Source: a virus
Taxonomy: Duplodnaviria > Heunggongvirae > Uroviricota > Caudoviricetes
DNA: 64,000 nucleotides
Reading direction: 5' to 3' (one strand)
IMG/VR virus record: IMGVR_UViG_3300003267_000376
Shown here: positions 8,401 to 16,910 of the stretch, in pieces
Layout of the letters: each line of letters begins with the position of its first letter
Position numbering within the stretch: position 1 is the stretch's first letter
Notes under the pieces: generated by a model
The model's database searches: none
What the model was told of the DNA's origin: nothing
What the model saw: the letters and a program-made list of their open reading frames with translations, nothing else
Program-made: the position numbers and the translations under genes

Positions 8401-10863
8401 GGCGCAACGACCAACCGTGCGATGGATGGCACCGTTGGCGCTGCTCAGGCTACTTCTGGCTCAGTTACGCATGCATCCCAGGTCGTTGGCTTCTTGCGGC
8501 GCTTTGTCAGCGCTCCGATGGCAGCCCAAACAATTAGTGGAACGGTAACGCTTTCCGGCTCGGCCGCTGGCAACCCGTCTGGGTTCACAGGCCAAGAGAT
8601 GTATGTGGCGGTCTGGCGCCCATTAACCGGTTCGTTGGTGGGAACGCTCTACGCCACCCAACAGCTAGAGTGGCAATCTTCGCTTGGTTCGGGTCAAAAG
8701 GCTGGCACCTCTCCGGCACGCTCTCTCTCATCGTTAGCTGTCGACGACGGTGACATCGTGATAGTCGAGGTTTATGTCCGGACCACGTCATCGGCCAATG
8801 CCACGGCAACGATGTTCTATGACGGCACGACCGAGAACTCGACGAGCAGTAATGCGTCGTACGTTCTCTTCTCGAATCCGATTAGTTTCGGGGGCGGGAT
8901 TGCGGCAGACGCCGTCATCGTTCGCACCACGGCGGCCAGCTTCACAGCCAACGCGGTCATTCTCGCCACGCAGTCCGCGACCTTCACCGCTGACGCGGTG
9001 CTGCTGAAGACCCAAAGCGCTTCGTTTGCCGCCGACGCGGTCATCTTCAAGACACAGACAGCCACCTTCACCGCCGATGCGGTGATCAAGGCGACGATCA
9101 GTGCCAGCTTCACTGCTGACGCGGTCGTGCTCGCCACGATTACGTCGTCCTTCTCCGCCGACGCAGTCATCAAGAAAGAACAGACCGCATCGTTCAATGC
9201 CGATGCAATAGTGCTCGCCACCCAGACGAGCAGCTTCACCGGCGACGCGATCGTCCTGAGGACTCAGACGGCCTCGTTCACGGGCGATACGGTCATCCAG
9301 GCCACTATCACATCTGCCTTCAGCGCCGATGCCATCGTGCTGGCCACGATCAGCAGTGCCTTCAGCGCTGACGCCTGGATTCAGCCGACCTTCACCGCCG
9401 ACGCCATCCTGCTCAAGACGCAGGCCGGATCGTTCTCTGCCGATGCGACGCTCATGCCGTCGTTCACCACAGATGCGATCGTGCTCAAGACGCAGACCGC
9501 CGCGATCACGGCGGATGCGGTGCTGATGCCAAGTGTTACGGCTGACGCGATCGTGTTGGCCACGATCAGCGGTTCCCTAACGGCCGATGTCTTTATCGCT
9601 GGTGTGGGGGTCGCGGCCTTTAGCGCCGATGCGATTATCCAGGCTACGGTCACCGGTTCTTACAGCGCTGACGCGGTTGTTACGGCCACCGTAACAAGCG
9701 CGCTGACGGCTGATGCCGTGGTGCTGGCCACTACGGAAAAAATTCTTGGCGCAGACTCTATACTTTTGGCTACCGAGTCTGCTACAATCACCGCCGACGC
9801 GGTCCTGCTGCAGACGTGGACTACGTCATCCGCCGCCGATGCGGTGTTGCAAGCGACTGCGAGCGCAAGCTTCACCGTTGACGCGGTTCAACTGAAGACG
9901 ACCGAGGCTACATTCACTGCTGATGCGGTGATCCTCACCAGCCGAACGGACGGCTTCAGTGCAGACGGTGTACTGCTCTCCACGTACACCGCGACCACGA
10001 CGGCTGATGCGATCGTCCTTGCGACGATCGGAGGCAGCTGGACTGCGGACGCTGCCATTCAGCGCACACAGTCCGCTTCGTTCCCCGGCGACGCTGCCAT
10101 TCAGCGCACGACAGAAGCTGCCTTCACCGCTGACGCGGTGCTCAATGCGACCCAGAGCGCGAACTTCACCGGCAACGCGGTCATCGCTGCTGCTGGAGTC
10201 TCCACCGGTTCGTTTACTGCAGATGCCGTCCTCAAGTCGACGGGTGCAGCGAGTTTCGCCGCTGACGCCATTAAGCGTAGCACGTCGGTCAATTCCTTCG
10301 CCAGCGACGCCCATATCAAGGTCGTCCAGCAGGCTTCTCTGGCCGCTGACGCAATCCTGCGGGCTTCCCCGAGTGCCTCGCTGGCAGCTGCTGCGATCCT
10401 GCGCCGAACCACCGAAAGTGCGATCACCGCCGACAGCATCGTGCGAACCACGAGCTCGGCAACCTTTACCGCAGATGGGTGGTTGCGCAGGGTCGTAGCG
10501 ACCTCCTTCACGGCCGATGCCACGCTGTTTGCAGCCGGGGCGGCTTCGTTTAGCGCCGATGCCATCCTCGGGGTCGCGACCAGTGCGAGCTTCACCGCCG
10601 ATGCCCAGCTCACCGGACAGTCGGCGGCCAGCATTACGGTCGACGCCTTCATCCAGCCGTACTTCACGGCCCGCGCAATCCTCATTCACCCGACGCATCG
10701 GCGTCGGTTTAGGACCACAGTGACCGCGGCCATGCATGGTGCCGCCCTGGCAGGCGAGTTCCACGCCGCGGCCCTGGCCGCTTCTACCCATGGCGCTGGC
10801 CTCGCGGCTGGTGCGCACGCTGCGGCACTAGCCGCTGATATCAGCCGCACTGGGCTGAGCTAG
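5440..10863 (+). CDS. giant repeat-containing fibre/decoration-like virion protein (1807 aa)
   Basis: Long ORF with a GGAG RBS. The N-terminus is Thr/Ser/Gly-rich. About 60 copies of a 14-aa unit (consensus TQSASFTADAVLFK) occur in three arrays. Confidence 0.8.
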   Translation: MAITRTAKGTNTSKTSGTTLTLASVSMTAGDLLVVSLAYDDQTLDSVTWGSETLTLQTAVLGAGVRTRLAWKVIASTGTQTITATWTASLTAKALAASSYHCDVGGTTPAAGAEVNNTGTGTSASTANSSAIVGGTNSILAGVVGTEGPSGDTAGTWSTPNTNGQRAGTTGNPAASNVTVSEAYTLGPAVGSTPALSKTGMTSRDWGAELQAFYWSTTISSSFTANAIIKATTAGSFTADAAITLITFPITTNAVIKATASGTFTANAIIFRTVVGSPGPTVAYKTSVSTTGTQIDIPLGTPTVGDQLLIVIMSAQGSGLTWGSTPSGWVTQDSTNPTSTKPGAKVMWRTATSADINATVSVTISSSSPMMAVLVHLNRYQWFSGPATLITTLVDTTSSFSPPTFTPDPAEYRAAWWFTLKDNNESVTVLSGPFMAIGELSDGSWRAALHWVYPGVVGGRAVPFSPVGTLQWSTPADALSYGVVFGWTTSGFVTDAVLSKTQNANLTADAVIAATGGSWNASVLATVATGVDSMTVSSGSITVNPNRLIVIFTGVRANTQSGDPTIGGTLGLSFSKVDSTFGTGAYYGMFVALSGAGGTGTIVADYTATADITPGSETMFVLEIDGADISGTALGAIVQHNSNNAGSSTSSSVTLGAAVDTNNAVIAGTQVRGVNEDITPDTADSFTELQDQGNTSPQNQEETQWRAGGFTGTTVTASWTTSAGYRMIAAEIKKSGGSTVSGSFTANAVIKTTQSASLTADAVIKATQSASFTANAVLFKTQSLSFAADAIVLKTQSATFAADGVIMATISGFVTASAVLKATLSASFTADAIVFKTQAASCTADAVLFKAQAASFTGDAFLLAVRSGSFTADAVVFKTQSASFAADAVLFKTQSASLTADAVASKTQSATYTADAVLLRTQAGSFSADAIVLRTQSSTFAADAIILRTITSLTVVDKFYFHDAATSDSGTLPSGQLSSYTIDGSGTGATTNRAMDGTVGAAQATSGSVTHASQVVGFLRRFVSAPMAAQTISGTVTLSGSAAGNPSGFTGQEMYVAVWRPLTGSLVGTLYATQQLEWQSSLGSGQKAGTSPARSLSSLAVDDGDIVIVEVYVRTTSSANATATMFYDGTTENSTSSNASYVLFSNPISFGGGIAADAVIVRTTAASFTANAVILATQSATFTADAVLLKTQSASFAADAVIFKTQTATFTADAVIKATISASFTADAVVLATITSSFSADAVIKKEQTASFNADAIVLATQTSSFTGDAIVLRTQTASFTGDTVIQATITSAFSADAIVLATISSAFSADAWIQPTFTADAILLKTQAGSFSADATLMPSFTTDAIVLKTQTAAITADAVLMPSVTADAIVLATISGSLTADVFIAGVGVAAFSADAIIQATVTGSYSADAVVTATVTSALTADAVVLATTEKILGADSILLATESATITADAVLLQTWTTSSAADAVLQATASASFTVDAVQLKTTEATFTADAVILTSRTDGFSADGVLLSTYTATTTADAIVLATIGGSWTADAAIQRTQSASFPGDAAIQRTTEAAFTADAVLNATQSANFTGNAVIAAAGVSTGSFTADAVLKSTGAASFAADAIKRSTSVNSFASDAHIKVVQQASLAADAILRASPSASLAAAAILRRTTESAITADSIVRTTSSATFTADGWLRRVVATSFTADATLFAAGAASFSADAILGVATSASFTADAQLTGQSAASITVDAFIQPYFTARAILIHPTHRRRFRTTVTAAMHGAALAGEFHAAALAASTHGAGLAAGAHAAALAADISRTGLS
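6090..6260 (+). repeat. short array of the 14-aa (42-nt) coding repeat
   Basis: The reiterated unit is SFTANAIIKATTAGSFTADAAI... Confidence 0.6.
7650..8290 (+). repeat. array of ~15 imperfect 42-nt in-frame tandem repeats
   Basis: FTADAV is spaced every 14 aa in the translation. Confidence 0.85.
8900..10690 (+). repeat. array of ~45 imperfect 42-nt (some 30-nt) in-frame tandem repeats
   Basis: ADAV/ADAI recurs with 14-aa (occasionally 10-aa) spacing. Confidence 0.85.
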
Positions 10864-10872
10864 GAGATCGCC

Positions 10873-11190
10873 GTGTTGCGCTTCGTTACCGGCAATACCA
10901 AGCCATACCTCAACGGCACGATCTTCCTCGAGGAGGATCCCAGCACGCCGGTGAACCTCACCGGCTGCACGGTGCGAATCCAGATGCGGAAGGCCGATGA
11001 CCGCCGCTTCACGGTGAACCAGGAGGTCACCACCGTGACCGACGCGCTCAACGGCCAGGTGCAGTACCAGTGGGGCGAGAACGACCTCAATACCCCGGGG
11101 ATCTATCAGGTCCAGTTCGAGGTTACCTATCCCGATGACTCGACCCAGACCACCTCATCGCCGATTGATATTGAGGTGCGGCGCGCATGA
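10873..11190 (+). CDS. hypothetical protein
   Basis: A GTG start follows an AGGAG RBS. The 105-aa product is beta-rich. Confidence 0.5.
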   Translation: MLRFVTGNTKPYLNGTIFLEEDPSTPVNLTGCTVRIQMRKADDRRFTVNQEVTTVTDALNGQVQYQWGENDLNTPGIYQVQFEVTYPDDSTQTTSSPIDIEVRRA

Positions 11191-11369
11191 GCACGATTTA
11201 CACCATCAGCGCCCAGGATCTCGAACGGCTGAAGCTGTTCATGTATGAACTCAACCGCCTGCTAGAGGATATGGCTGTGGCCCAGAATCCCCATGCTGAA
11301 CGGTTAGAAGGGCTGCTCGAGCGGTTTACCGCCGATACCGTCCTTGACCGTGTGCCGCGTCATGGCTAA
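11187..11369 (+). CDS. small hypothetical protein (60 aa)
   Basis: The ATGA overlap gives start coupling. The C-terminus contains RFTADTVL, reminiscent of the repeat unit. Confidence 0.35.
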   Translation: MSTIYTISAQDLERLKLFMYELNRLLEDMAVAQNPHAERLEGLLERFTADTVLDRVPRHG

Positions 11370-12576
11370 TGCTGCGACGGCGCAGTGGGAGCGAGACGAG
11401 CACCTCTTCTTTGAAGGCAAGACCGATGCGGAGATCGTCGCGCTCACCAGCCGCAACCTCGAAGCTGTCGCTCGCAAGCGCCGCCGGTTGGTGGCAGCTG
11501 GCCGCCTGGTTGCGGACCCGCGAGCGGCGGTCGACTCAGCGAAGACGAAGATCCGGGAAGAATTCGCCCGCCGTCAACAGGCGACCCGCATTCGTGAACA
11601 AGCCAGCCTGGAAATGCTCAGCGACGCGCTCCGCTCCGCGATTCAGATCATCCCCTATCGCGAACCGGAGATAGCCCCAGCGGGGACGTACCACTTTGAT
11701 GCTGAGGAAGTAGTCCTGCTGCTTGGTGACCTGCAGGTCGGTGAGCTGGTAGACGAGACGGGGACCGGGGGCCTTGGGCGCTACAACCGGGACGTATTTC
11801 AGCTGCGTTCGGATGTGCTGATGCGCAAGGTGGAACGCATCGTCAAAGGCCACCAGTCGTACCAGCCCCTGCGCACACTCAACATCTTCGGCCTCGGCGA
11901 TTTCGTTGAGGGCATGATGATCTATCCCGGGCAGCTGTCGCACCTGGACATGGATCTGATGGAGCAGGTGTTCATCGGTGCGGACACGGTAGCCCGCATG
12001 GTCGTCTACTGGCTCGGCATGTTTGAGCACATCAACTTGTTCGGCGTACTGGGCAACCACGGTCGCCTTGGCCGTAAAGGGGAGCTCCCAACGACGGCCA
12101 ACATGGACTACCTGTTCCTCAAGTACATCGAACTGGTGTTGCGCGACTACATCACCGCTGGTCGGGTGACCTGCGAATTTCCGAAGACCTTCTTCCAGGT
12201 GGTAGAGCGCCAAGGGCATCGGTTCTTCTTGGTGCATGGCGACGATATTAAGGGATGGATGAGCCTGCCGTGGTATGGCGCGCAGCGCGCCGTACAGCGG
12301 TGGCAGGAGCTGATTCAAGAACGATTCGATTACTTCATCTTTGGACACCACCACACCACGGCGTCGTGGGAGTCCAATTCGAAAGAGGTCATCGCCAACG
12401 GCTCGTTCGTGGGGACGAACGAGCACAGTGCTAAGCACCTGAACGTCGGTGGTCGACCCTCGCAGATCATGTTTGGTCTGCATCAACAGGTCGGTATTAC
12501 GTGGCGATATCGCCTGATGTTGGATGAGGGGGAACCCGCGCGGTCAGTGACCGTCTACCGAGGTGCCCCCTCGTAA
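11362..12576 (+). CDS. calcineurin-like metallophosphoesterase
   Basis: The phosphoesterase motifs LLLGDLQVG, GNHGRLG, LVHGDD and FGHHHT are all present. An N-terminal ~100-aa extension is also present. ATG 11344 is an alternative start. Confidence 0.7.
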   Translation: MANAATAQWERDEHLFFEGKTDAEIVALTSRNLEAVARKRRRLVAAGRLVADPRAAVDSAKTKIREEFARRQQATRIREQASLEMLSDALRSAIQIIPYREPEIAPAGTYHFDAEEVVLLLGDLQVGELVDETGTGGLGRYNRDVFQLRSDVLMRKVERIVKGHQSYQPLRTLNIFGLGDFVEGMMIYPGQLSHLDMDLMEQVFIGADTVARMVVYWLGMFEHINLFGVLGNHGRLGRKGELPTTANMDYLFLKYIELVLRDYITAGRVTCEFPKTFFQVVERQGHRFFLVHGDDIKGWMSLPWYGAQRAVQRWQELIQERFDYFIFGHHHTTASWESNSKEVIANGSFVGTNEHSAKHLNVGGRPSQIMFGLHQQVGITWRYRLMLDEGEPARSVTVYRGAPS

Positions 12577-12595
12577 GCTCGGAAGGGGGCACCAG

Positions 12596-13078
12596 ATGAT
12601 CAAGATTCTGCGCTTCGCTATGGTGGCGACGCTCATCGTGGCTAGTGCCCTTACCCATGGTACGGATCGCGTCTGCGCGAGCAGCCCATTCTTGCTCTGG
12701 CCAGTAAGGGGCCCAATTAGTCAGTATTTCTCTACCGCCCATCAGGCGATTGACATCTACGTCCCAGTTGGGACGTCGGTCAAGGCAGCACAGTCCGGAA
12801 CGGTTGTCTGGGCTGGCTGGAAGCTCAATGGTGGCGGTAACGTCGTAGACATCAACCATGGGGCGGGGCAAGTGACCACCTACGATCACCTCTCCCAGGT
12901 GCTCGTGCGGGTCGGGCAGCGGGTGTCCATGGGCCAGCGCATCGCGCTGTCTGGGGCCACCGGCAATGTCACAGGACCCCATCTGCATTTCGGTTTTATG
13001 TGGGTCGGCCGTTGGGTTAACCCGTTGCCGTATCTGCATTATTCAATCCCGAACACGGCCCTGCCGTACTGTCCGTGA
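12596..13078 (+). CDS. secreted M23 family metallopeptidase
   Basis: A signal-like N-terminus (MIKILRFAMVATLIVASALTHG) precedes HQAIDIYVPVGTSV and GATGNVTGPHLHF. A GGAAGGGGG RBS is upstream. Confidence 0.8.
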   Translation: MIKILRFAMVATLIVASALTHGTDRVCASSPFLLWPVRGPISQYFSTAHQAIDIYVPVGTSVKAAQSGTVVWAGWKLNGGGNVVDINHGAGQVTTYDHLSQVLVRVGQRVSMGQRIALSGATGNVTGPHLHFGFMWVGRWVNPLPYLHYSIPNTALPYCP

Positions 13079-13084
13079 TTGATC

Positions 13085-13113
13085 AGGGGATGGGTCGCTG
13101 CCACCCATCCCCT
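13085..13113 (+). terminator. stem-loop (11-bp perfect stem AGGGGATGGGT/ACCCATCCCCT) just after the M23 gene
   Basis: The inverted repeat is visible directly in the sequence. There is no strong T-tract (high-GC genome). Confidence 0.5.
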
Positions 13114-13145
13114 CTTACCCATTAGCCAACCGGCGTGGAGGTGTA

Positions 13146-14414
13146 ATGACCAAGGTCTTGTGGATTGCAGATGGGGGCGCGCATACCGGGTTTGCTCGGG
13201 TCACGCATGCCATCGGCGATCGCCTCGTGGAGAAGTACGACTACGACATCCACTGCCTCGCGACCAACTACCAGGGCGATTACTACCCGACCAAGATCAA
13301 GCTCTATCGGCCGAACTCACTGGTGGGCACCGACGTGTTCGGCATGAGCCGCTTCATCGAGCTCCTCGCCAAGGTCGAGCCAGACGTGGTGGTGATGGTC
13401 AACGATCCGTTCATCATCATCAAGGAGCTGTTCGACAACAAGTGGGACACCGAGCGCGTCATGCTGCGCTATCGGCCGATCTTGACCTACATCCCGGTCG
13501 ACGGCCACAACCATCCGCCCGCCTGGCAGGTGCTGCAGAGCGTGACCAATGAGGTGGCCATGTCACGCTTCGGGCAGGCGTCGATGCCAGGCTCGCAGCT
13601 CGTCTATCACGGCGTCGATACCGACCTGTACTACCCCGTCAGTGCCAAGCGACCAATCAAACTGTCGAATGGCAATACCGTGACCACGAAGCGGGAGTGC
13701 AAGCAGCAGTTCGGTTATGACCCGGACAGCTTCCTCATCCTGCGAGTCGATCGTAACAGCGCACGCAAGGATTTCCCGGCCTCGTGGAAAGCGCTCGTCC
13801 CGGTCATGCAGCGGCATTCGGACATCATCGTCCACTTCCATTGCCAGGGCAAGAACGACATCTACGGCGTGGATATGAACGCGATGTTCAGTCGCGATCG
13901 GGAGACCGAGAAGCGCTTCTTCTTGCCGGATTTCCTCAATACCTTCATCGGCTGGAGTGACGAGGACCTGAACGCGCTCTACAACGCGGCAGACCTATTC
14001 ATCTCCAATAGCCGGGGTGAAGGCTTCGGCCTGACCATCGCCGAGGCCCTCGCCTGCAATGTACCGGTGATTGCCCAGAACGTCTCCGCCATCCCTGAGG
14101 TGGTGGGGCCGGGTGGCATTCTGATTGATCCCGTCCGCGAAATCACTGTGCCGTCAGGTCAAGACCTGTGGCTCAGCGATATCGGGGCGTTTAGTGAGGC
14201 CATTGAATCCCTCTATCTCTCTCGTCGGAAGCGGCGGGAATACGGGGATGCTGGCCGGGAGCATGTCACGTCGACCTTCAGCTGGGACGACGCTGCTGAC
14301 AAGTTCCATTACTTCATTGACGCACTCGCGAGAGGAACGGCGTCAGAAGGAGAAGTTGCAAATGGAGCGCAAGTTTCAGATCCTCAGCGGACTGCTGAAG
14401 GCGTACGAGTCTGA
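13146..14414 (+). CDS. GT4 (GT-B fold) glycosyltransferase
   Basis: SRGEGFGLTIAEALACNVPVIA matches the EX7E motif. A GGAGGTG RBS is upstream. Confidence 0.8.
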   Translation: MTKVLWIADGGAHTGFARVTHAIGDRLVEKYDYDIHCLATNYQGDYYPTKIKLYRPNSLVGTDVFGMSRFIELLAKVEPDVVVMVNDPFIIIKELFDNKWDTERVMLRYRPILTYIPVDGHNHPPAWQVLQSVTNEVAMSRFGQASMPGSQLVYHGVDTDLYYPVSAKRPIKLSNGNTVTTKRECKQQFGYDPDSFLILRVDRNSARKDFPASWKALVPVMQRHSDIIVHFHCQGKNDIYGVDMNAMFSRDRETEKRFFLPDFLNTFIGWSDEDLNALYNAADLFISNSRGEGFGLTIAEALACNVPVIAQNVSAIPEVVGPGGILIDPVREITVPSGQDLWLSDIGAFSEAIESLYLSRRKRREYGDAGREHVTSTFSWDDAADKFHYFIDALARGTASEGEVANGAQVSDPQRTAEGVRV

Positions 14415-15546
14415 AGACGGGGAACCTCGCCTGAAGACCACCGCTTCCTCCACGGTCCAGGACCATGGCAAGGACCGGATGTTCCCGTCTGCGATCGAGC
14501 AGATGGCGGCTTCCGCCCAACAGAACATGACTATCTTCCTCAACCACAGTTATTCTGTGCCTGAGGATGTACTCGGCTCGGTCGAGAATGCCGAGATTCG
14601 CCAGGCTGGCTCCGGTCCGGACGGTGCCATCTACGATCTCGACTTCGACGTGCGCGTGAATAAGACCAATCCGCGGGCCATCAAGACCTGGGAGGCGATC
14701 AAGTCCGGCGTCAAGCTGGGCACCAGCATTGGCGCCATCGTCAAGGACTGGGACAAGAACGCCGAAGGCGGCTGGGATATCAAGGCGGTTGAGCTGCTAG
14801 AAGCCTCGATCGTGGGCATCCCGGCTAACCCGCGCAGCTGGGTGCATTACGCGGTCAAGGCGCTGACCGAGAGCGAGACGGTGGCCACCACGTCTGGCAC
14901 CGTCAATCTGAATATCACGTCCCCAGTGACCACCACCGGGAACTGGGATTCCTCCCAATGGACCCTGCTCAAGTCCGAGGCTGAGGCCGAAGAGGCCGAT
15001 GACGCCGATGAAGACGAGGACGAGGAGGCCATTGATAAGGCAATGTGCCCTGGCTGCAACAAGGCCGAGGGCGATTGCACCTGTCCCGAAGGCTGCGAAT
15101 GCGGCCGGAAGGATACTACCCCCGAGCTCGTTAAGGACCAGTCCAGTGAGGCTGTGGACGAGCTCACTGTCGAGTCCAGCGCGCAGGAAGCTGATGACAG
15201 CGCCCCTGAGGACGCGCCCGAGGCCGACGACCCTGAGCCTGAGGTGAATCTCGCCTCGGTCGATCCTGAGATCTTCCGCCAGGTGGTGGACTCGGTGGAG
15301 TTTTTCGCCACCAAGGTCACCGAGCTGGAAGCCGAACTGGACGACGAACGAGAAACCCGCCGCCTGGCGCAGGAGGCGCTCGATACCGCGAACGCCAATC
15401 TCGAAGTGGCGAAGCAGATTATCGACACCATCACCGACCTCCCCCTTCCGCGGAAGGCCCGCATTGATGCAGCCGTGAGTGCATTCCACGATCGGCTGAG
15501 CGGCGTCTACGGGAAGGACTTCCTCAAGATGCTGGAGAACAAGTAA
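14362..15546 (+). CDS. HK97-family prohead protease fused to an acidic coiled-coil scaffold-like C-terminal domain
   Basis: The N-terminal half resembles S78 prohead proteases (MFPSAIEQ...IVGIPANP). The C-terminus is Asp/Glu-rich and helical. ATG 14362 follows an AGAAGGAGAAG RBS. Confidence 0.7.
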   Translation: MERKFQILSGLLKAYESEDGEPRLKTTASSTVQDHGKDRMFPSAIEQMAASAQQNMTIFLNHSYSVPEDVLGSVENAEIRQAGSGPDGAIYDLDFDVRVNKTNPRAIKTWEAIKSGVKLGTSIGAIVKDWDKNAEGGWDIKAVELLEASIVGIPANPRSWVHYAVKALTESETVATTSGTVNLNITSPVTTTGNWDSSQWTLLKSEAEAEEADDADEDEDEEAIDKAMCPGCNKAEGDCTCPEGCECGRKDTTPELVKDQSSEAVDELTVESSAQEADDSAPEDAPEADDPEPEVNLASVDPEIFRQVVDSVEFFATKVTELEAELDDERETRRLAQEALDTANANLEVAKQIIDTITDLPLPRKARIDAAVSAFHDRLSGVYGKDFLKMLENK

Positions 15547-16845
15547 ATGGCTGAAATTGACCCGACGCTGAAGAGCGTCATGGAGTCGCTTGAGGCCCTG
15601 AAGGCACAGCTGGAGGCGCGCAACGAGGTTCCGAATACGGACCCGGCTGCGCACAAGGGAACTGAGGATCAGAGCTCTGCTGCTCCGACCCGCAAGCTCC
15701 TGTCCCCGGCTGACATCCTGAAGGTCCGCGGCGAGCTCCGCACCAAGTCCGATGCCGAGCTGATGACCATGCTCAGCATTCAGATGCGCGAGAAGGACAC
15801 CGGCGTCCCGTATGACGTCTGGGCCAACCGGGGTGGCTACGCCGCTCAGGTTGCGATCCAGGGCAACGAGATGCTGTCCAAGGCACTGGATACCTCCGGT
15901 GCGACCGCGCTCATCCGCCAGGACCTCGAGCCGATCCTGTACGAGCTGTATATCCGCGCCTTCCCGGCGTGGGATCGGTTCGCCAAGGAACCGGCCAACG
16001 GTCTGGTGCATGCCTATAACCGCCAGACCAGCTTCGGTGACGCTCAGTTCATGACTGAGCTCGGCACCGTGACGGATGACGTCAGCGCCTACGAGCGCGC
16101 GACCACGCCAGTCAGCGTGATTGCCACTCGGCGTGGTGTCAGCCTGAAGTCGCAGTTCGCGACCATTCAGGGCGGGGCTGGGTTCAACCCGGAGATGCTC
16201 GAGCTGCAGGGTGGCTTGCGCGCGATGGCGCACAAGATGCAGAAGACCATTTTCCAGGGTAACGCGACGGTGTCTTCGGGTACCGCGGCTGACGAGGATG
16301 GCGAGTACGACGCCAATGGCTTCGACGGTCTGCGCAAGATCCTGAACACGGCCCGCGCCAAGGATGTGAACCCGCTGGCGGGCACGCCAGAGGACATCCG
16401 CCAGGCGGTGGACCGCGCGGTTGAAGAGGTGGTCGAGCAGGGTGGGGTCGGCATTTCCGCCGTCTACCTGCACCCGCACGACAAGATCACCTTGGACCTG
16501 CAGCAGGATGAGAAGACCCGCTGGGTGGTTCCGAGCCTGACGGGCGCGGTGGGCACCACGGTGTCGTCCATCAACACCATTCTCGGCGCACTGCCGCTGA
16601 GCGTGGTGCCGGGCGACTCGATCGGTATCTACGAGAAGTCGTCCAAGGATCGGCGCGATATCTACCTGCTCGATGAGAGCACGATCTCGCTGCCGTACCT
16701 CGGCACCGATGGGCCGACTGTGCTGGATATCCCGATTGGGATCTCGGGCCAGCTGACTCACCTGTTCATCGTGTTTGGGATGTGGGGCCTTGCCGTCAAG
16801 GTCGTGAACTTCTCGAACAAGGTGCGCGTGCAGCAAGAGGCCTAA
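15547..16845 (+). CDS. major capsid protein (HK97 fold)
   Basis: The 432-aa ORF sits immediately after the protease and before the connector genes. Its N-terminal helical delta-like region is followed by a strong terminator. Confidence 0.75.
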   Translation: MAEIDPTLKSVMESLEALKAQLEARNEVPNTDPAAHKGTEDQSSAAPTRKLLSPADILKVRGELRTKSDAELMTMLSIQMREKDTGVPYDVWANRGGYAAQVAIQGNEMLSKALDTSGATALIRQDLEPILYELYIRAFPAWDRFAKEPANGLVHAYNRQTSFGDAQFMTELGTVTDDVSAYERATTPVSVIATRRGVSLKSQFATIQGGAGFNPEMLELQGGLRAMAHKMQKTIFQGNATVSSGTAADEDGEYDANGFDGLRKILNTARAKDVNPLAGTPEDIRQAVDRAVEEVVEQGGVGISAVYLHPHDKITLDLQQDEKTRWVVPSLTGAVGTTVSSINTILGALPLSVVPGDSIGIYEKSSKDRRDIYLLDESTISLPYLGTDGPTVLDIPIGISGQLTHLFIVFGMWGLAVKVVNFSNKVRVQQEA

Positions 16846-16852
16846 GCCTCTG

Positions 16853-16886
16853 GGGGAGGGGACGAAGTCCTATTTGTCCCCTCCCC
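16853..16886 (+). terminator. stem-loop GGGGAGGGGAC/GTCCCCTCCCC (11-bp perfect stem) after the capsid gene
   Basis: Seen directly in the sequence, 8 nt after the TAA stop. Confidence 0.6.
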
Positions 16887-16910
16887 ACCTCCATATGTCT
16901 GGAGTTCGCC

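Noticed and set aside
7611-10818. Several long minus-strand ORFs (7611..8312, 8817..9239, 9826..10818, 10101..10685) and the plus-strand frame ORFs 9959..10498
   Set aside because: They are mirror or out-of-frame readings of the 42-nt repeat arrays. Only the 5440..10863 frame is continuous with an RBS and a coherent repeat.
5440-10863. Possibility that the tandem repeats are a CRISPR array
   Set aside because: The repeats are 42 nt, imperfect and in-frame coding, with no unique spacers between them.
14797-16836. 679-aa ORF on the minus strand
   Set aside because: It is antisense to the well-supported protease and capsid genes. Its Arg/His/Leu-rich low-complexity composition is typical of GC-rich antisense frames.
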